Source: Azolla caroliniana (lineage: Eukaryota > Plantae > Polypodiophyta). From it: DNA of 64,000 nucleotides. Where the stretch lies: positions 3,844,001-3,908,000 of the forward strand of contig JBHGNT010000021.1 of the NCBI GenBank assembly GCA_043228905.1, given 5' to 3'. The translations under genes and the position numbers were made by a program. The notes under the pieces were generated by a model. The model was not told the DNA's origin and searched no databases. It saw nothing but the letters and a program-made list of their open reading frames with translations. Each line of letters starts with the position of its first letter. Position 1 is the first letter of the stretch. Of the stretch, positions 12,720 through 25,000 are shown piece after piece.

Positions 12720-14350
12720 TAGGTCGGCTACCACTCCTCAATTATGTCTTGAACACCAAGTCGTTCACATATATGATGATGAATATCTAACGATTGGCAC
12801 TATTTTGGACAAATAATGAGTTGTCGAACTTGGACATCCAGAAACCGATTTGGTGAAGATATTGTGTTATCTTCGAGTGCCATACTTTGGGTGCCTACTT
12901 GCGGCCGTAGAGAGGCTTTTTGAGTCAACATTTGTTGTTGGATGTGTGCTCAATTCGAAGCCGGGTGGTTGTACCATGTAGTACACCTCTTCGTTTAATT
13001 CACCTTGTAGAAAGGCGTTATTTACATCCATTTGATGGAGGTGCCACCCTTTCGGTGCTGCAACCGCTATCACGGTCCACATAGTTGTCATCTTTGCCAC
13101 TAGGGCAAAGGTCTCTTCATAGTCGACTCCATGTGTTTGTGCAGAACCTTAGGCTACAAGATGAGCTTTGTAACGGTTGATGGAGCCGTCAACATTATAC
13201 TTCACCTTGTATATCCATTTGCAGCTGATTGCCTTCTTGTGACCTGAGTTGGGGACAAGATCCCATGTCTCGTTTTATTGAGTGCTTGCATCTCCTCGTT
13301 CATTGCTTCAACCATCGTGGGTTCTTAATGAATTGGGCAAAGCTTTCTGGCTCCCGATCTACCGCCACCTTCATCATAAAGGGATAGTGATATGCCATAT
13401 AGTCATTGTCGCCGCATCAACTAATCAGTTTCTTCTAACGGGAGGAGCGTTAGAGTTTTCCATTTGCTATAACAATGGCTTTCTTCGCTCCAGGTGTCCT
13501 CATAATAGGCACATCAAAGCCACCACACTCATTATCGAGTGAGTGAACCGATTCGTTTCTATCAGATTGATCGTCTGCATATTTTCACATTTTCACATTT
13601 TCACCTTGCCTTTGTCCAATTCAACACATATCTAATTCGTGCTTTGGTTGTTTGGAGGCTCTTGAGGTCCACTCAATTTGGTTGAGACTGGACTCTCTTT
13701 GGATATTGACCTTAATCATCCTTCGGGTTAACATCAAGATCAGCCATGATTGGTTCGGGTGGAATTGGCTCAAGTTCGTACCAAGATGTTGACTCATCAA
13801 AGACGATGTCCCGACTTACGCGAACTTTTCAGGTAGATGGGTTGAAGCATTTGTACCCTACGAAGATGCACTTTTCCGATTTTGGGTCAAGCTTTTGCCA
13901 CTTCTCATCGGGAATGTGCACGAATGCGATAGAACCGAATATCCTGATGTGGGATAAGTCTGACTTCTTTCAATAGAACTTCCCGTGAGGTGTATCCTCA
14001 TGCACGCCGGATGTCACATCGGTTCATTAGGTAGATTGTTGTGCATGTTGCTTCGGCCCAATATGACTTTGGCATATGTTTTTCGTTAAGCATATCCCTT
14101 GCTACCTCGAGAATGTGTTGATTCTTCCGTTTGACTATTCCGTTATGTTGTGTATGCCGACATGAAAATTCTAGCTGGATTCCTTCTTGTTGAAGGTATG
14201 TCGTGAATGCATTGGAGAAGTATTCCTTACCTCCGTTTGACCGAAGACGTACATGCCGACCGGTTGCCTTTTGACTCCGCTTTTGAACTTTTGAAAGTGT
14301 GCGAATACTTCACTCTTGTGGCACATCGAATAAATCCAATATGTGGCATC
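12720..14350 (-). mobile_element. Degenerate Ty1/copia pol fragment (integrase to RT)
   Basis: Translated remnants [15 protein letters not shown] (RT) and HKSEVFAHFQKFK (integrase), with many stops and frameshifts. Confidence 0.85.
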
Positions 14351-16634
14351 CTTAAAATAAACCATCAAGTTAAATAAACAATTAAACCATTGGGAAAATA
14401 AAAAAATATGTAAGCCATCAAACAAGGCCACTTAAACTAATGAACCAATAAACCATAGTCTTATAAAAGAACCAAACTCAAACCTATCCGTTTAATGATA
14501 ATTTAAACCAAACCAATTTTTTAAATTATATTTGAACTGATAAACTGTGACTTAACATTTTGAAGCCAAACTGGGGCACATAGCTATGTGTGTATATAGT
14601 TTGATCTTGTTACGTCATTTATGTCCACTACAAAGTTCATAGGTTTGAAATGTCGTCTTTGAGTTGTGTAAGTATGATATTGTAAATTTCTTGACGAGGC
14701 TTCCATTTTAGATATAGAGGTAGATTTTCGATGGTTATTCTTGTCAATTTTGGGCAATGTAATGCATTCAAAATTTAATGCATAATCTTAAATTATTACA
14801 ATGTGGAATGATGAGGAATTTGATGATTTTCTAAGTAAGCATTTGTACACTTTGACATGGTTTATGCTAACTCTATTTCATTTAATATTTTATTTTATTT
14901 CCAAAAAAAACTACTTCCATTAGTTAAGCAATGTACAAAGGATAATTTACAACTCATATCTTACAAGTCATCTTACATGTCGAAGGAAAACAATATGTGT
15001 AGATGAAACAAACCAAAAAAACAACTCCAAAGCACCACATCATTCGATGTGTATAGCATTACTCGAACGCATATTCTCCATGTGAGCCTAATACAAGCAG
15101 AATTTAGCATAGATGTCCTCCATTCACTCCTCATGGCAACACCCATCTAGATGTTAGGTACACTTGGAGGGAACAACCACCGTGGTGGTTGATAATTCCA
15201 CTTCATTTTACCATCCATTATTTGTAGCATCGACGAACCGCTCCATTTCAGCAAGAAACGAGCTCTAGCTTCTTCACTTGCGTCAGATGGCTCTTGAAGA
15301 CTTTCAAACTCACCTCGCAACGTAGAAATAAGATTGAACCAAATCATCATTAAATTCTCAGCCGGTGGGGTTCGTTTACTTGCGAAAGTCTCCTTGCACC
15401 TAGATACCCACACTTGCCAGACCGTAAGGCCGACCACACAACGTTCCTGTAAGAAGAATAAACTTCCTTGCGCTGGTTGCACAGATCCTTGCATCACCTT
15501 TAAAGAAGGACTGTTTCCATTCCACCCTTGAAACCACGAGGCCGATTCAATGGCCAACCAAGTGATTGCTGCACTCGATACATGAACCTCAACCCCGAAC
15601 CGAGCCAAGACTCTTAAGCTCCTCAACCAAATTTCTTGCACTCGAGGGCAACACCACAAACAATGAGCGATGTCCTCCAAGCTCGCACTACAGGCCTTGC
15701 AACCACTCATGCCGCCTCTATTCCCAAGTCACTCTCCCGTTGGAACAACCCGATGGGTGATTAACCAGAAAAACACTTTGATCCGCTCGGGAAGGGATGA
15801 GTTCCATATCCTGCTCCTGGTTCTATCCACGAAGGCTGAATTGATAGCTGCATGGGACCACTTGTTGGCACACTTCTCACGATACGAACCTAACTTTCTC
15901 CCCAACCGTGTCGAGTATTCAAAGAAACCTAATGATTTATCTTGTTCTCCCTTCCACGTATATTCAGAGGGATCCCATTCTACGCGCTCGAGAGGCTTGC
16001 CTTCAACCACGTACAAGATCCAATCCTCCTCAACCTCTTCGACTGGTGGATTCACCTTGCATTTCTTTCCGGCTCTTGCCACAATTCTAATCGGGTACTA
16101 GCCTGCACTTTCATCTAATAATCCCATCTGGACGGTCGCAAGAGGAAAACCCTGCCTGATGGATCGAGTTAGAAAGATTCGAGCTCCTTTCCTCCTTGCA
16201 ATCAACACCTTACTCGAGCCCTTCCTATATAAGGCTTGGGCAACACATCTCCACTCCAAAGGTAGCTCAATGACCTTCATCATTTCTTCCAAGAAAGACC
16301 ATTCCACTCGATCATAGGCTTTCTCGAAGTTGAGCATCAGACAGGCTAAGTTTTGATTGGTCTCCTTCGCCGTTGCAACAACCTCCCAAAACAAAATCAC
16401 GTTGTCCATAATAGAACGATGCTCCATGAAACCGGTTTGATTGGACTTGATGATATCTCCTAGGAAGGGCTTGATTCTCTGCACTAATATGTTAGCAATT
16501 TTTTTATAAATTAGAATTAAAATTGTAATGGGTCTCCATTGTCTAATCTCGTGCAACGCAGTCTCCGATTTCGGAATCAAGTAGATCAAGCCTTCATTGA
16601 AGCTACTCGGCATCCGTCCCGTTCTCCACATCTC

Positions 16635-17274
16635 TGTTGAACGCAGTGCTCGGCCACAACCGAGGAATAGGATCAACTCACAGAAAACGGGAAATACAAA
16701 GTGCACAGGGACAATAGAGAGAGAAAAGGTACACTGGATGTTTTACGTGGAAAACCCTAAATGGGAAAAAAAAACCACGGGAGTCCTCAAACTCCAACTA
16801 TCACTATGAATAGGGATGTACACTAATGAGGCTACAAGGCAACAACCTTGAGCTCACTGTCTTCGCCACAGGCGGCGGTAATACACAGAGGCAACGACCT
16901 CTTCGTCTCTCTCTCTCTCTCTCTCCCTCTCCTTCTCTCTCTCGGCTGCTCTCTTTTCGCATAAAATGAGCAACAACATAAACTGTTTGCCCTAAGTCAT
17001 ATTTATACACATATGACTTTCGGGCTATTTACAAATATAGCCTCAAGGGCTCTTGGCAAACATATTCACAAATATGTCCCCGCATCCGGATCTCTCTCCG
17101 GGTACATTCGTCATCCGGCTCCGTAACCGGGGTCTTCATCATCCGGCTCCGTAGCCGGGGTATTCATCATCCGGCTCCGTAGCCGGGGTCTTCATCATCC
17201 GGCTCCGTAACCGCAACCGGGCTTGCCGTCATTCATCTCCGGACATCCCATCCGGAGGGACCGAAATCCCAACA
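16635..17274 (-). repeat. 3' LTR of the copia element, with 4 x 28-bp internal tandem repeats (17107-17212)
   Basis: Near-identical to 21392-22031. Confidence 0.97.
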
Positions 17275-17284
17275 AACTCCCCCT

Positions 17285-20200
17285 TCACTTCGGCATGGGA
17301 TGTCTCTCCAATCCGATCCTCTTCCGGCATGCTTCCAGCTTGTCGGGTTTGAGAACCTTGGTCAGCATATCCGACCCGTTCTCGTCTGTGTGGATCTTCG
17401 TCAGCACGAACTCCTTGTCTTCTATCCTTTCCCGGATCCAGTGGTATCTACGCTGGATGTGCTTCGTCCGGGAGTGATAGGCCGCATTCTTCGCAAGGTG
17501 GATGGCACTCTGATTGTCGCAGTAGAGTCGGTACTCCTCCTGCCGGATACCGAGCTCTCTAATGAAGTTCTTCATCCATATCATTTCCTTGCCGGCTTCA
17601 ACAGCCGCCATGTACTCCGCCTCCGTGGTTGACAACGCAACCGTCTTCTGCAGCCTCGACTGCCACGAAACAGCCCCCCCTGCATTCGTCATCACATACC
17701 CTGATGTGGACCGGCTGGTATCTGCATCAGCCGACATATCCGAATCGGTAAAGCCGTCGAGTTCGGGCTTACCGGAGCCGAATCGGAGGCACACGTTTGC
17801 CGTGCCCTTCAGGTATCGGAGTATCCACTTGACCGCGTTCCAGTGCTCCTTGCCGGGATTGCTCATGTACCGGCTCACCACTCCGACTGCGTATCCTATG
17901 TCCGGTCTTGTACACACCATTGCGTACATCAAGCTTCCGACGGCAGAGGCATATGGTATTTTCATCATGTCCTCTTTCTCAGCCTTTGTCTTGGGGCTTT
18001 GCTTGCTGGACAACTTGCAGTTTGCCGGGAGGGTTGATCCAACCGGTCTTGCTTCCGACATGTTGAACCGGTGAAGCACCTTTGTTACGTACTTCTCCTG
18101 TGACAGCCACAACTGCTTCTTCTTCCGGTCCCGGATGATATGCATCCCTAGTATTTGCCTCGCCGGACCCAGGTCCTTCATTGAGAAGGTTCGGTGAAGT
18201 GCTTTCTTCAGCATCCGTATCTTGCCCTGGTCCCGTCCGACGATCAACATGTCGTCCACGTACAGGAGGAGTATTAGAGAGTCTCCTCCTTCGAACTTCT
18301 TCACAAACACGCAGTGATCGGACTGCATTTTGAGGTACCCTTCGTCGGTCATGAAGGAGTCGAACTTCCGGTACCATTGCCGGGGAGCCTGCTTCAGTCC
18401 GTAAAGGCTCTTCTTCAACCGGCATACCAGGTGCTCCTTCCCTTTCTTCTCGAATCCTTCCGGTTGCTGCATGTAGATCTCTTCTTCGAGGTCACCGTGA
18501 AGGAATGCCGTCTTCACGTCCATCTGTTCTACCTCGAGGTCCATGCTTGCCGCTATGCTCAGCACCGTCCGGATGGAGGTCATCTTCACTACCGGGGCAA
18601 ATATCTCGTCGAAGTCGACGCCCTTCTTCTGCTGGAACCCCTTTACCACGATCCTGGCTTTGTATCTCGGGGGGTTTCCGGCATCTCCCGGTTTCAGCTT
18701 GAACACCCACTTGTTTCGAAGTGCCCGCTTTCCTTTCGACAACTCCACAAGTTCATATGTGTGGTTCTCATGCAGGGAATCCATCTCCTCTCCTGCATGG
18801 CACTTACCCACCTGCGACTATGGGTGTCAAGCTTTGCTTCTTCAAAACTCTCCGGCTCCCCCTCGTCGGTTAGCAGCACGTGCTCTGGTTCCGGAAATCT
18901 CCGGGGGGCCCTTCTCTCTCTTAGAGGGTATCTCCGTTCCGGAGCTTCGGTAACCGGCTGCTCCGTTTCCTCTTCATCCAAATCCATTTCGGGATCGGGG
19001 CCGATTCCGGTATCAGTTTCATCTTCCTCGGCCGGTTCTGTTTCTTCACCGTCTTCGGCCGGATCCTCGAGTGCTAACCGGTCCCTTGCCGGTCGGGACT
19101 GCTCCTCGTAGAGTTGATCCTCACCGGTCGACTTGGAGCTCTTCATCTTCTTCTCCGACTCCCAGTCGGCGAGTGTCTTGTCCTCCATGAAGATGATATC
19201 TCGACTCCTGAATATCTTCTTGTCGACCGGGTCCCATACTCGGTAGCCGAACTCGTCGTCGCCGTAACCGAGGAATATGCATGGCCGGGTCTTTGGATCT
19301 AACTTTCCTCTCCGGTCCTTAGCCACATGCACGTATGCGAGACACCCAAACACCTTCAGATGCCGGTAGGACACTTCCTTACCGGTCCACACTCTCTGTG
19401 GCGTGTCTCCATCCAGGGGTACTGAGGGTGATCTATTTATCACATATGTCGCCGTCGACATTGCCTCAGCCCAGAACCCCTTGAGTAATTTCGCATGCGC
19501 CAGCATACTCCGGACCCTCTCCATTATGGTCCGGTTCATCCTCTCGGCCAGCCCGTTCAGTTCCGGCGTCTTCGGCACAGTAAACTCGAGCCGGATTCCC
19601 TTCGAGCGACAGTACTCCTTGAACTGCCCCCGGTATTCCCCTCCGTTATCCGCTCGTATCGCTTTCAGCTTCTTGCCGGATTCCCTTTCCACTCTCGCGT
19701 GGAGTTCTTTGAAGACGCACAACACTTGGTCCTTTGTCTTCAACGGTGCCGTCCACAGCTTCCGGCTGTGGTCATCAATGAATGTCACGAAGTACTGGGC
19801 TCCGCCATGTGACTTCGTTTCTACTTGACACACGTCGGTGTGCACCAACTCCAATGGTGCGCTACGTCTCGTCGGTGGCCTTGAGTGGAAGGAGGCTCGG
19901 TTTTGCTTACCGGCCAGGCAATCGGTGCACTTCTCCAGATGCACATACTTCACTGGGATAAGGTTGTCTTCTGCAAGCCTCTTCATCCCCTTCTCGCTCA
20001 TGTGGCACAGTCTCTTGTGCCACAGCTCACCGGCAGAGTCAGCTGCCACGTTCAGCTCCTCCGGACATAGCCGGGAATTCATCAGGTACAGTGTGTTGAC
20101 CTTCCGGGCCCGAGCCACTATCAGGCTCCCTTTGCTGAACTTCATGACACCGTTCCGGATGCTACCCGTGTAGCCTTCATCGTCTAGCCTCCCGGCCGAA

Positions 20201-21360
20201 ATCAGGTTCAATCGAACCTCCGGAACGTGTCGGACATCCTTCAGCAGCATCTTGCATCCGGTTGATGTCATCAGCCACACATCTCCTATGCCGGCAATCC
20301 GGCATGTACCTTCATTTCCCATCCGGACACAGCCGTGCTCACCGGCTGTGTAGGATGAGAAGTATTTCTTCTCCGAGGTCAGGTGGAATGATGCTTCGGA
20401 ATCGACCACCCAGGTCATCTCTTCACCGGCAAGGTTCAGCTCCGTCTCTTCGGTAATGAGCATTATCTCTTCTTCACTTGCCGCGAGTGCTGTCGTTCCT
20501 TTCCGGTCCTGCCCTCGCCGTTCCGGACCTCTTCGGTCCGTGGCTCCCCGGTATGCGCCGTTTCTCTCCGGTGACTTCTTCGAATCGGTGTCGTCGGCTC
20601 CGTTGTCCTTTCGGTAATGCCGACAATTCTTCCGGAAGTGCCCCGGCTTCCCACAGTGGAAGCATGTGGGTCTTCCTCTTGACTGCGACCGGGTCCCCGA
20701 CTTCTCCCGTCTTTGCGGACTCCGGTTCCATTGTCTTCCCCGTTCCGATTCGGTAAGCAGCGCCTTCGAGTCGGAGGCCGGTTCTTTATCTCTCCGACGC
20801 GCTTCTTCGTTCAAAATACTTGTCTTTACCGTTTGTAGGGACAAGTTATCTTCGGTGCAGGAGGTGCTGAGAGTCACCACCAAGTTCTCCCAGCTTTCCG
20901 GCAATGTACACATCAGAATGATGGCTTGCATTGCATCCTCCAGCGGGAACTTGATCGCCGCAAGCTGGTTCACGAATCCCATGAACGTGCTCACGTGTTC
21001 CACCATATTCTCGCCGTCCCGGTACTTGAGGTTCACTATCTTCCTCATCAGGGAGGTCCGGTTCAACGCATTCTTCCTCTCGTAGAGGCCCGACAGCTTC
21101 TTCCACATCTCATATGCGTTGGTGTCATTCGCCACATGTTGTAGAACGCTTACATCGACATATTGCCGGATCGTCGCTACGGCTTTCCGGTTCAGGAGCT
21201 TCCACTCCGACTCTATTACCCCCTTGGGTATCTCGGCATTGTCGATCGGTTCATACAGGTCTCGGACGATGAGAAGGTCTTCCATCTTTATCTTCCAGTC
21301 GGCGTAGTTATGTGAGTTCAACACCATCATGCCCGGAGGCCCACTACCGCCGCCTTCCAT
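17285..21360 (-). CDS. Copia gag-pol polyprotein (gag, CCHC knuckle, protease, integrase, RT, RNase H) with one frameshift at ~18790
   Basis: CFHCGKPGHFRKNC; WVVDSEASFH; LWHKRLCH and RADNGGEY; QMDVKTAFLHGDL and LLYVDDML; DSDMS...TEAEY...CDNQSA...HSRTKHI. The ORFs 21414-18694 and 18811-17285 join at AMQE/EMDSL. Confidence 0.95.
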
Positions 21361-21391
21361 TTTCTGTGTTAACCGTGCTCTGATACCACTT

Positions 21392-22031
21392 TGTTGAACG
21401 CAGTGCTCGGCCACAACCGAGGAATAGGATCAACTCACAGAAAACGGGAAATACAAAGTGCACAGGGACAATAGAGAGAGAAAAGGTACACTGGATGTTT
21501 TACGTGGAAAACCCTAAATGGGAAAAAAAAACCACGGGAGTCCTCAAACTCCAACTATCACTATGAACAGGGATGTACACTAATGAGGCTACAAGGCAAC
21601 AACCTTGAGCTCACTGTCTTCGCCACAGGCGGCGGTAATACACAGAGGCAACGACCTCTTCGTCTCTCTCTCTCTCTCTCTCCCTCTCCTTCTCTCTCTC
21701 GGCTGCTCTCTTTTCGCATAAAATGAGCAACAACATAAACTGTTTGCCCTAAGTCATATTTATACACATATGACTTTCGGGCTATTTACAAATATAGCCT
21801 CAAGGGCTCTTGGCAAACATATTCACAAATATGTCCCCGCATCCGGATCTCTCTCCGGGTACATTCGTCATCCGGCTCCGTAACCGGGGTCTTCATCATC
21901 CGGCTCCGTAGCCGGGGTATTCATCATCCGGCTCCGTAGCCGGGGTCTTCATCATCCGGCTCCGTAACCGCAACCGGGCTTGCCGTCATTCATCTCCGGA
22001 CATCCCATCCGGAGGGACCGAAATCCCAACA
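21392..22031 (-). repeat. 5' LTR of the copia element
   Basis: Adjacent to the PBS and near-identical to 16635-17274 (one substitution seen, 16811 T vs 21568 C). Confidence 0.97.
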
Positions 22032-25000
22032 ATCTCTTGCAGTCCAGCTTTCAAGCTTGGAAATTTTTTCTCCCAAAACTCCTTGAAGAAGGCTTTGGGA
22101 AGGCCGTCAGCACCAGGACAAGCCATACTATGTATCTTGTCTAGCCCCGCTACAATCTCTTCCTCCTCTATGGCTTTTGACAACTGCGCTTTAGCTGCCT
22201 CTCCGATCCTAGTCTTCAAGCATGTAATTACATCATGCATCAAGTTACTCGGAGGGTCGTTTGTCAACGTAGGAGCTAAAAGGTCGCTGTAGTAATTAGT
22301 CACAATTTGCAAGATTTCCTCTTGATCAAACGTCATTGAGCCATCCTCCCGTTTGAGACTATGAATATGTGTTCCCCTCCTTTTTGGAGTTTTGGTAAGA
22401 AAAAACTCCCTGTTAACTTTATCACCCTTGACAACCCACCATGCTGCCGACTTTCTGAAGAGGAATTGCTCACATTGCTGTCTAACCTCTTGCAGCAACC
22501 TAGTGGCCTCATGCAGCGTGTCTTTCGCCCAAGCACAACATGGGTCCACTTGCGTGAGCTTTTGAGCTGAGATGACTGCCTTCCTTAGGCATTGCAGATG
22601 GTATTGACACCTTACCAGCTCCTCCCTAGCCACTTTCTGAAGAAACAAAGAAGAATTAATAATATTTTCCTCCAGTACCTGTATCGGGTCGTGGGCTGAT
22701 GGGGATGCCATCCAAATGGTATTCATTGCATCCTTAACCTTCTGGATACCAAAAATATTCGGAGGAATCCTCAAATTGCTCTCACTCTTCTTCTTATAAA
22801 TAGGTTCAAGAGTCAAGGATACTGGAAGGTGATCCGAATATGTAAAACCAACTAGAATGGATGAGTAGCCACCCCATTCCCCTATCCCGGGGCTCACATA
22901 GATGCGGTCCAATCTAGAGTGACATCCTTCACTCTCCTTCCGGCCAAATCGTGAGAACCTCAAGGAATTCACCTCAACCGCCATACTAGAGTACCATGAA
23001 TCCCGGATTCCCAACATAGAAATTAAGAAACCCCACGCTCTAAGCTCCTCCCCTTGTAGCAAGTTCAAATAAGCCCCAAGACAATCTTCCATTCTCTCTG
23101 TCATGTTAAAATCCCCCGCCACTATCCAATTGTCGAAGGAGGGAATTTTGTTTGCCAACAGTCTCCAAAATGAGGTCCTCTCATTGCTAATGTTAGGTGC
23201 GTAGACATTCAGCACCCCAAATTTTACATTCCTCCATTCCAAGTAGCAGAACATGGCCCTACCTTTGATCAATATGCCATGATCCAAGGTGGTGATATCC
23301 GCTGATTTCCTCACCAAAATACACACTCCACCTCTCCTTTCTAACATGCCGTGAGCAGGAGCCCACCATGTCTACCAATCCCCTGGCAACGAGTCTTTGA
23401 AAAGTTCCGTTCTTTCTCGGCCAAGGTGATGCTCTTGTAAGAGCAAAATATCAATCGTTTTACAAAGGCCATTAGCTTCCCATTCTCTGTTAAACCGACG
23501 CCTCTCTAGCTCATGTTGAGACCCACCAAGTCCTTGCACATTCCAAGAACAAATTCTCATTGACTTGGGTTCACAAAAAAAGCCAAGGGGGAGTCTCCCA
23601 TGCTCGACAAATATGTCTCTACCATACGCCATATAAATTCCCACTCCATACTTATTTTCCATTCTTGATTCTTGGGTACTTCAGCACAATGGAAGTGGAA
23701 CAAACCAGGCTTCAGCCCTAGATCCTATACCTTCCATATGCAAACCACTGGAACATCTTGAGCAAGTTCCATAAGCTCCCCTTGTATCGGGGAGCTCTTC
23801 CATAATGTTTGCAACCCCACAACCTCATTTTCAAATGTAAGGTATTGGAGACATAATGTTGCCCTGTTACAAAACGACTTCAAGGACGAGTCTTCTCCCC
23901 TTTCATCTTTCAAATAAGGCTCCAAGTCAAAAGAACAACCAGTCTCCGGTCTACCTGAGTTGTTGTTGAAGAGGACCATGTGTGCTCTAGTCCACCCGTG
24001 CACTCTTCCCCTTGGATTACCAATGTTCACCACGATCTTGGGTACTTGCGTATCTTGCATCCTCAATGCTTGCAACATAACAAACTCAACACCCACAGAC
24101 GAGGGATTTCCAACCTCAATCCGTGCGATCATTTTTTGCGATTCAGTATTCCTGATGTCCACTTCACTTTCCTTGTCCTTCCCTTTCCTGATCCAGGCCT
24201 TAACCATTCTCAGGTCTGATGAAGATCTATTGCCACGACCCTCAGAGGGCTCTACGAGTGTTTCGTGGGTCTCGACTCGTGGCAGTAAATCAAATGGAGT
24301 TGCTAAAATTATTTCGCCTTCCTGGGGTTCCATTTGTGATAGGATGTCAAATCTATTCGAAATGGAACCTCCACTTGTAGGTGGGCCGATAAGACCATGG
24401 AGGCCAGGCTTGGCCACTTTCCTCGGCGATATCCATCCTTTTTCCTTTACTACTTGCTTCCCATTGTGAACCAGAACCATGTGGCTTGCCGTCCCTGAAT
24501 TTGGGATATCCGGCAACTTGTTGTCTTGCTGTCCCCTATCCGCTCTTGCATTCCCATACTGGCCCATCTCCTTACATGCAAAGCATTGACCCGGCATGCC
24601 TTCATAACCAACCTTCACCACCCTTAGGCCAAAGTCCTCAGTGTGGACTCTAATCTCTGATGGTAGTTTTTTAATGTCACTAACCAACACCTTCATCTTG
24701 GGCATTTCTACTACCTTATCTGCAAATGAAGGTTTTGTTGTACATACCACCCCTATATTGTGTGCGAGCTTTGGGATCAAATGGTGGAGTTGGAAGGGTA
24801 GGTCTGGGAAGCATACTGAAATGACCATCGGTGTGCCCGCTTTTTTATTCTCTTCCTTTGCATCGAAGTCTAGACTCCATTCCAAAATCATGGCTTTGCC
24901 ATACTTCAGTGTAATCCATTTGTGGTCCAGAATCTCTTGCACATTATGGCCTTCTTCTAAGATCACATGGTAATAGTTGAGGCCCATTCTCAAAATGTTC

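Larger units (their letters stand above)
16635..22031 (-). mobile_element. Intact Ty1/copia LTR retrotransposon (Tnt1/Tork-like), 5397 bp
   Basis: 640-bp LTRs at 16635-17274 and 21392-22031 (TG...CA), 5-bp TSD ATCTC (16630-16634, 22032-22036), Met-tRNA PBS TGGTATCAGAGC (21377-21388), and a PPT next to 17275. Confidence 0.98.

Noticed and set aside
17107-17212. 28-bp palindromic direct repeats resembling a CRISPR array
   Set aside because: Head-to-tail with no unique spacers, located inside an LTR in eukaryotic DNA, and no cas genes.
18780-18811. Programmed ribosomal frameshift in gag-pol
   Set aside because: Plant copia gag-pol is normally a single ORF. The break lies at the start of RT in a GA repeat and fits a 2-nt slippage or an assembly error.
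18314-19111. 265-aa and other antisense ORFs over the copia pol
   Set aside because: Shadow ORFs expected in GC-rich coding DNA, with no recognisable motifs.
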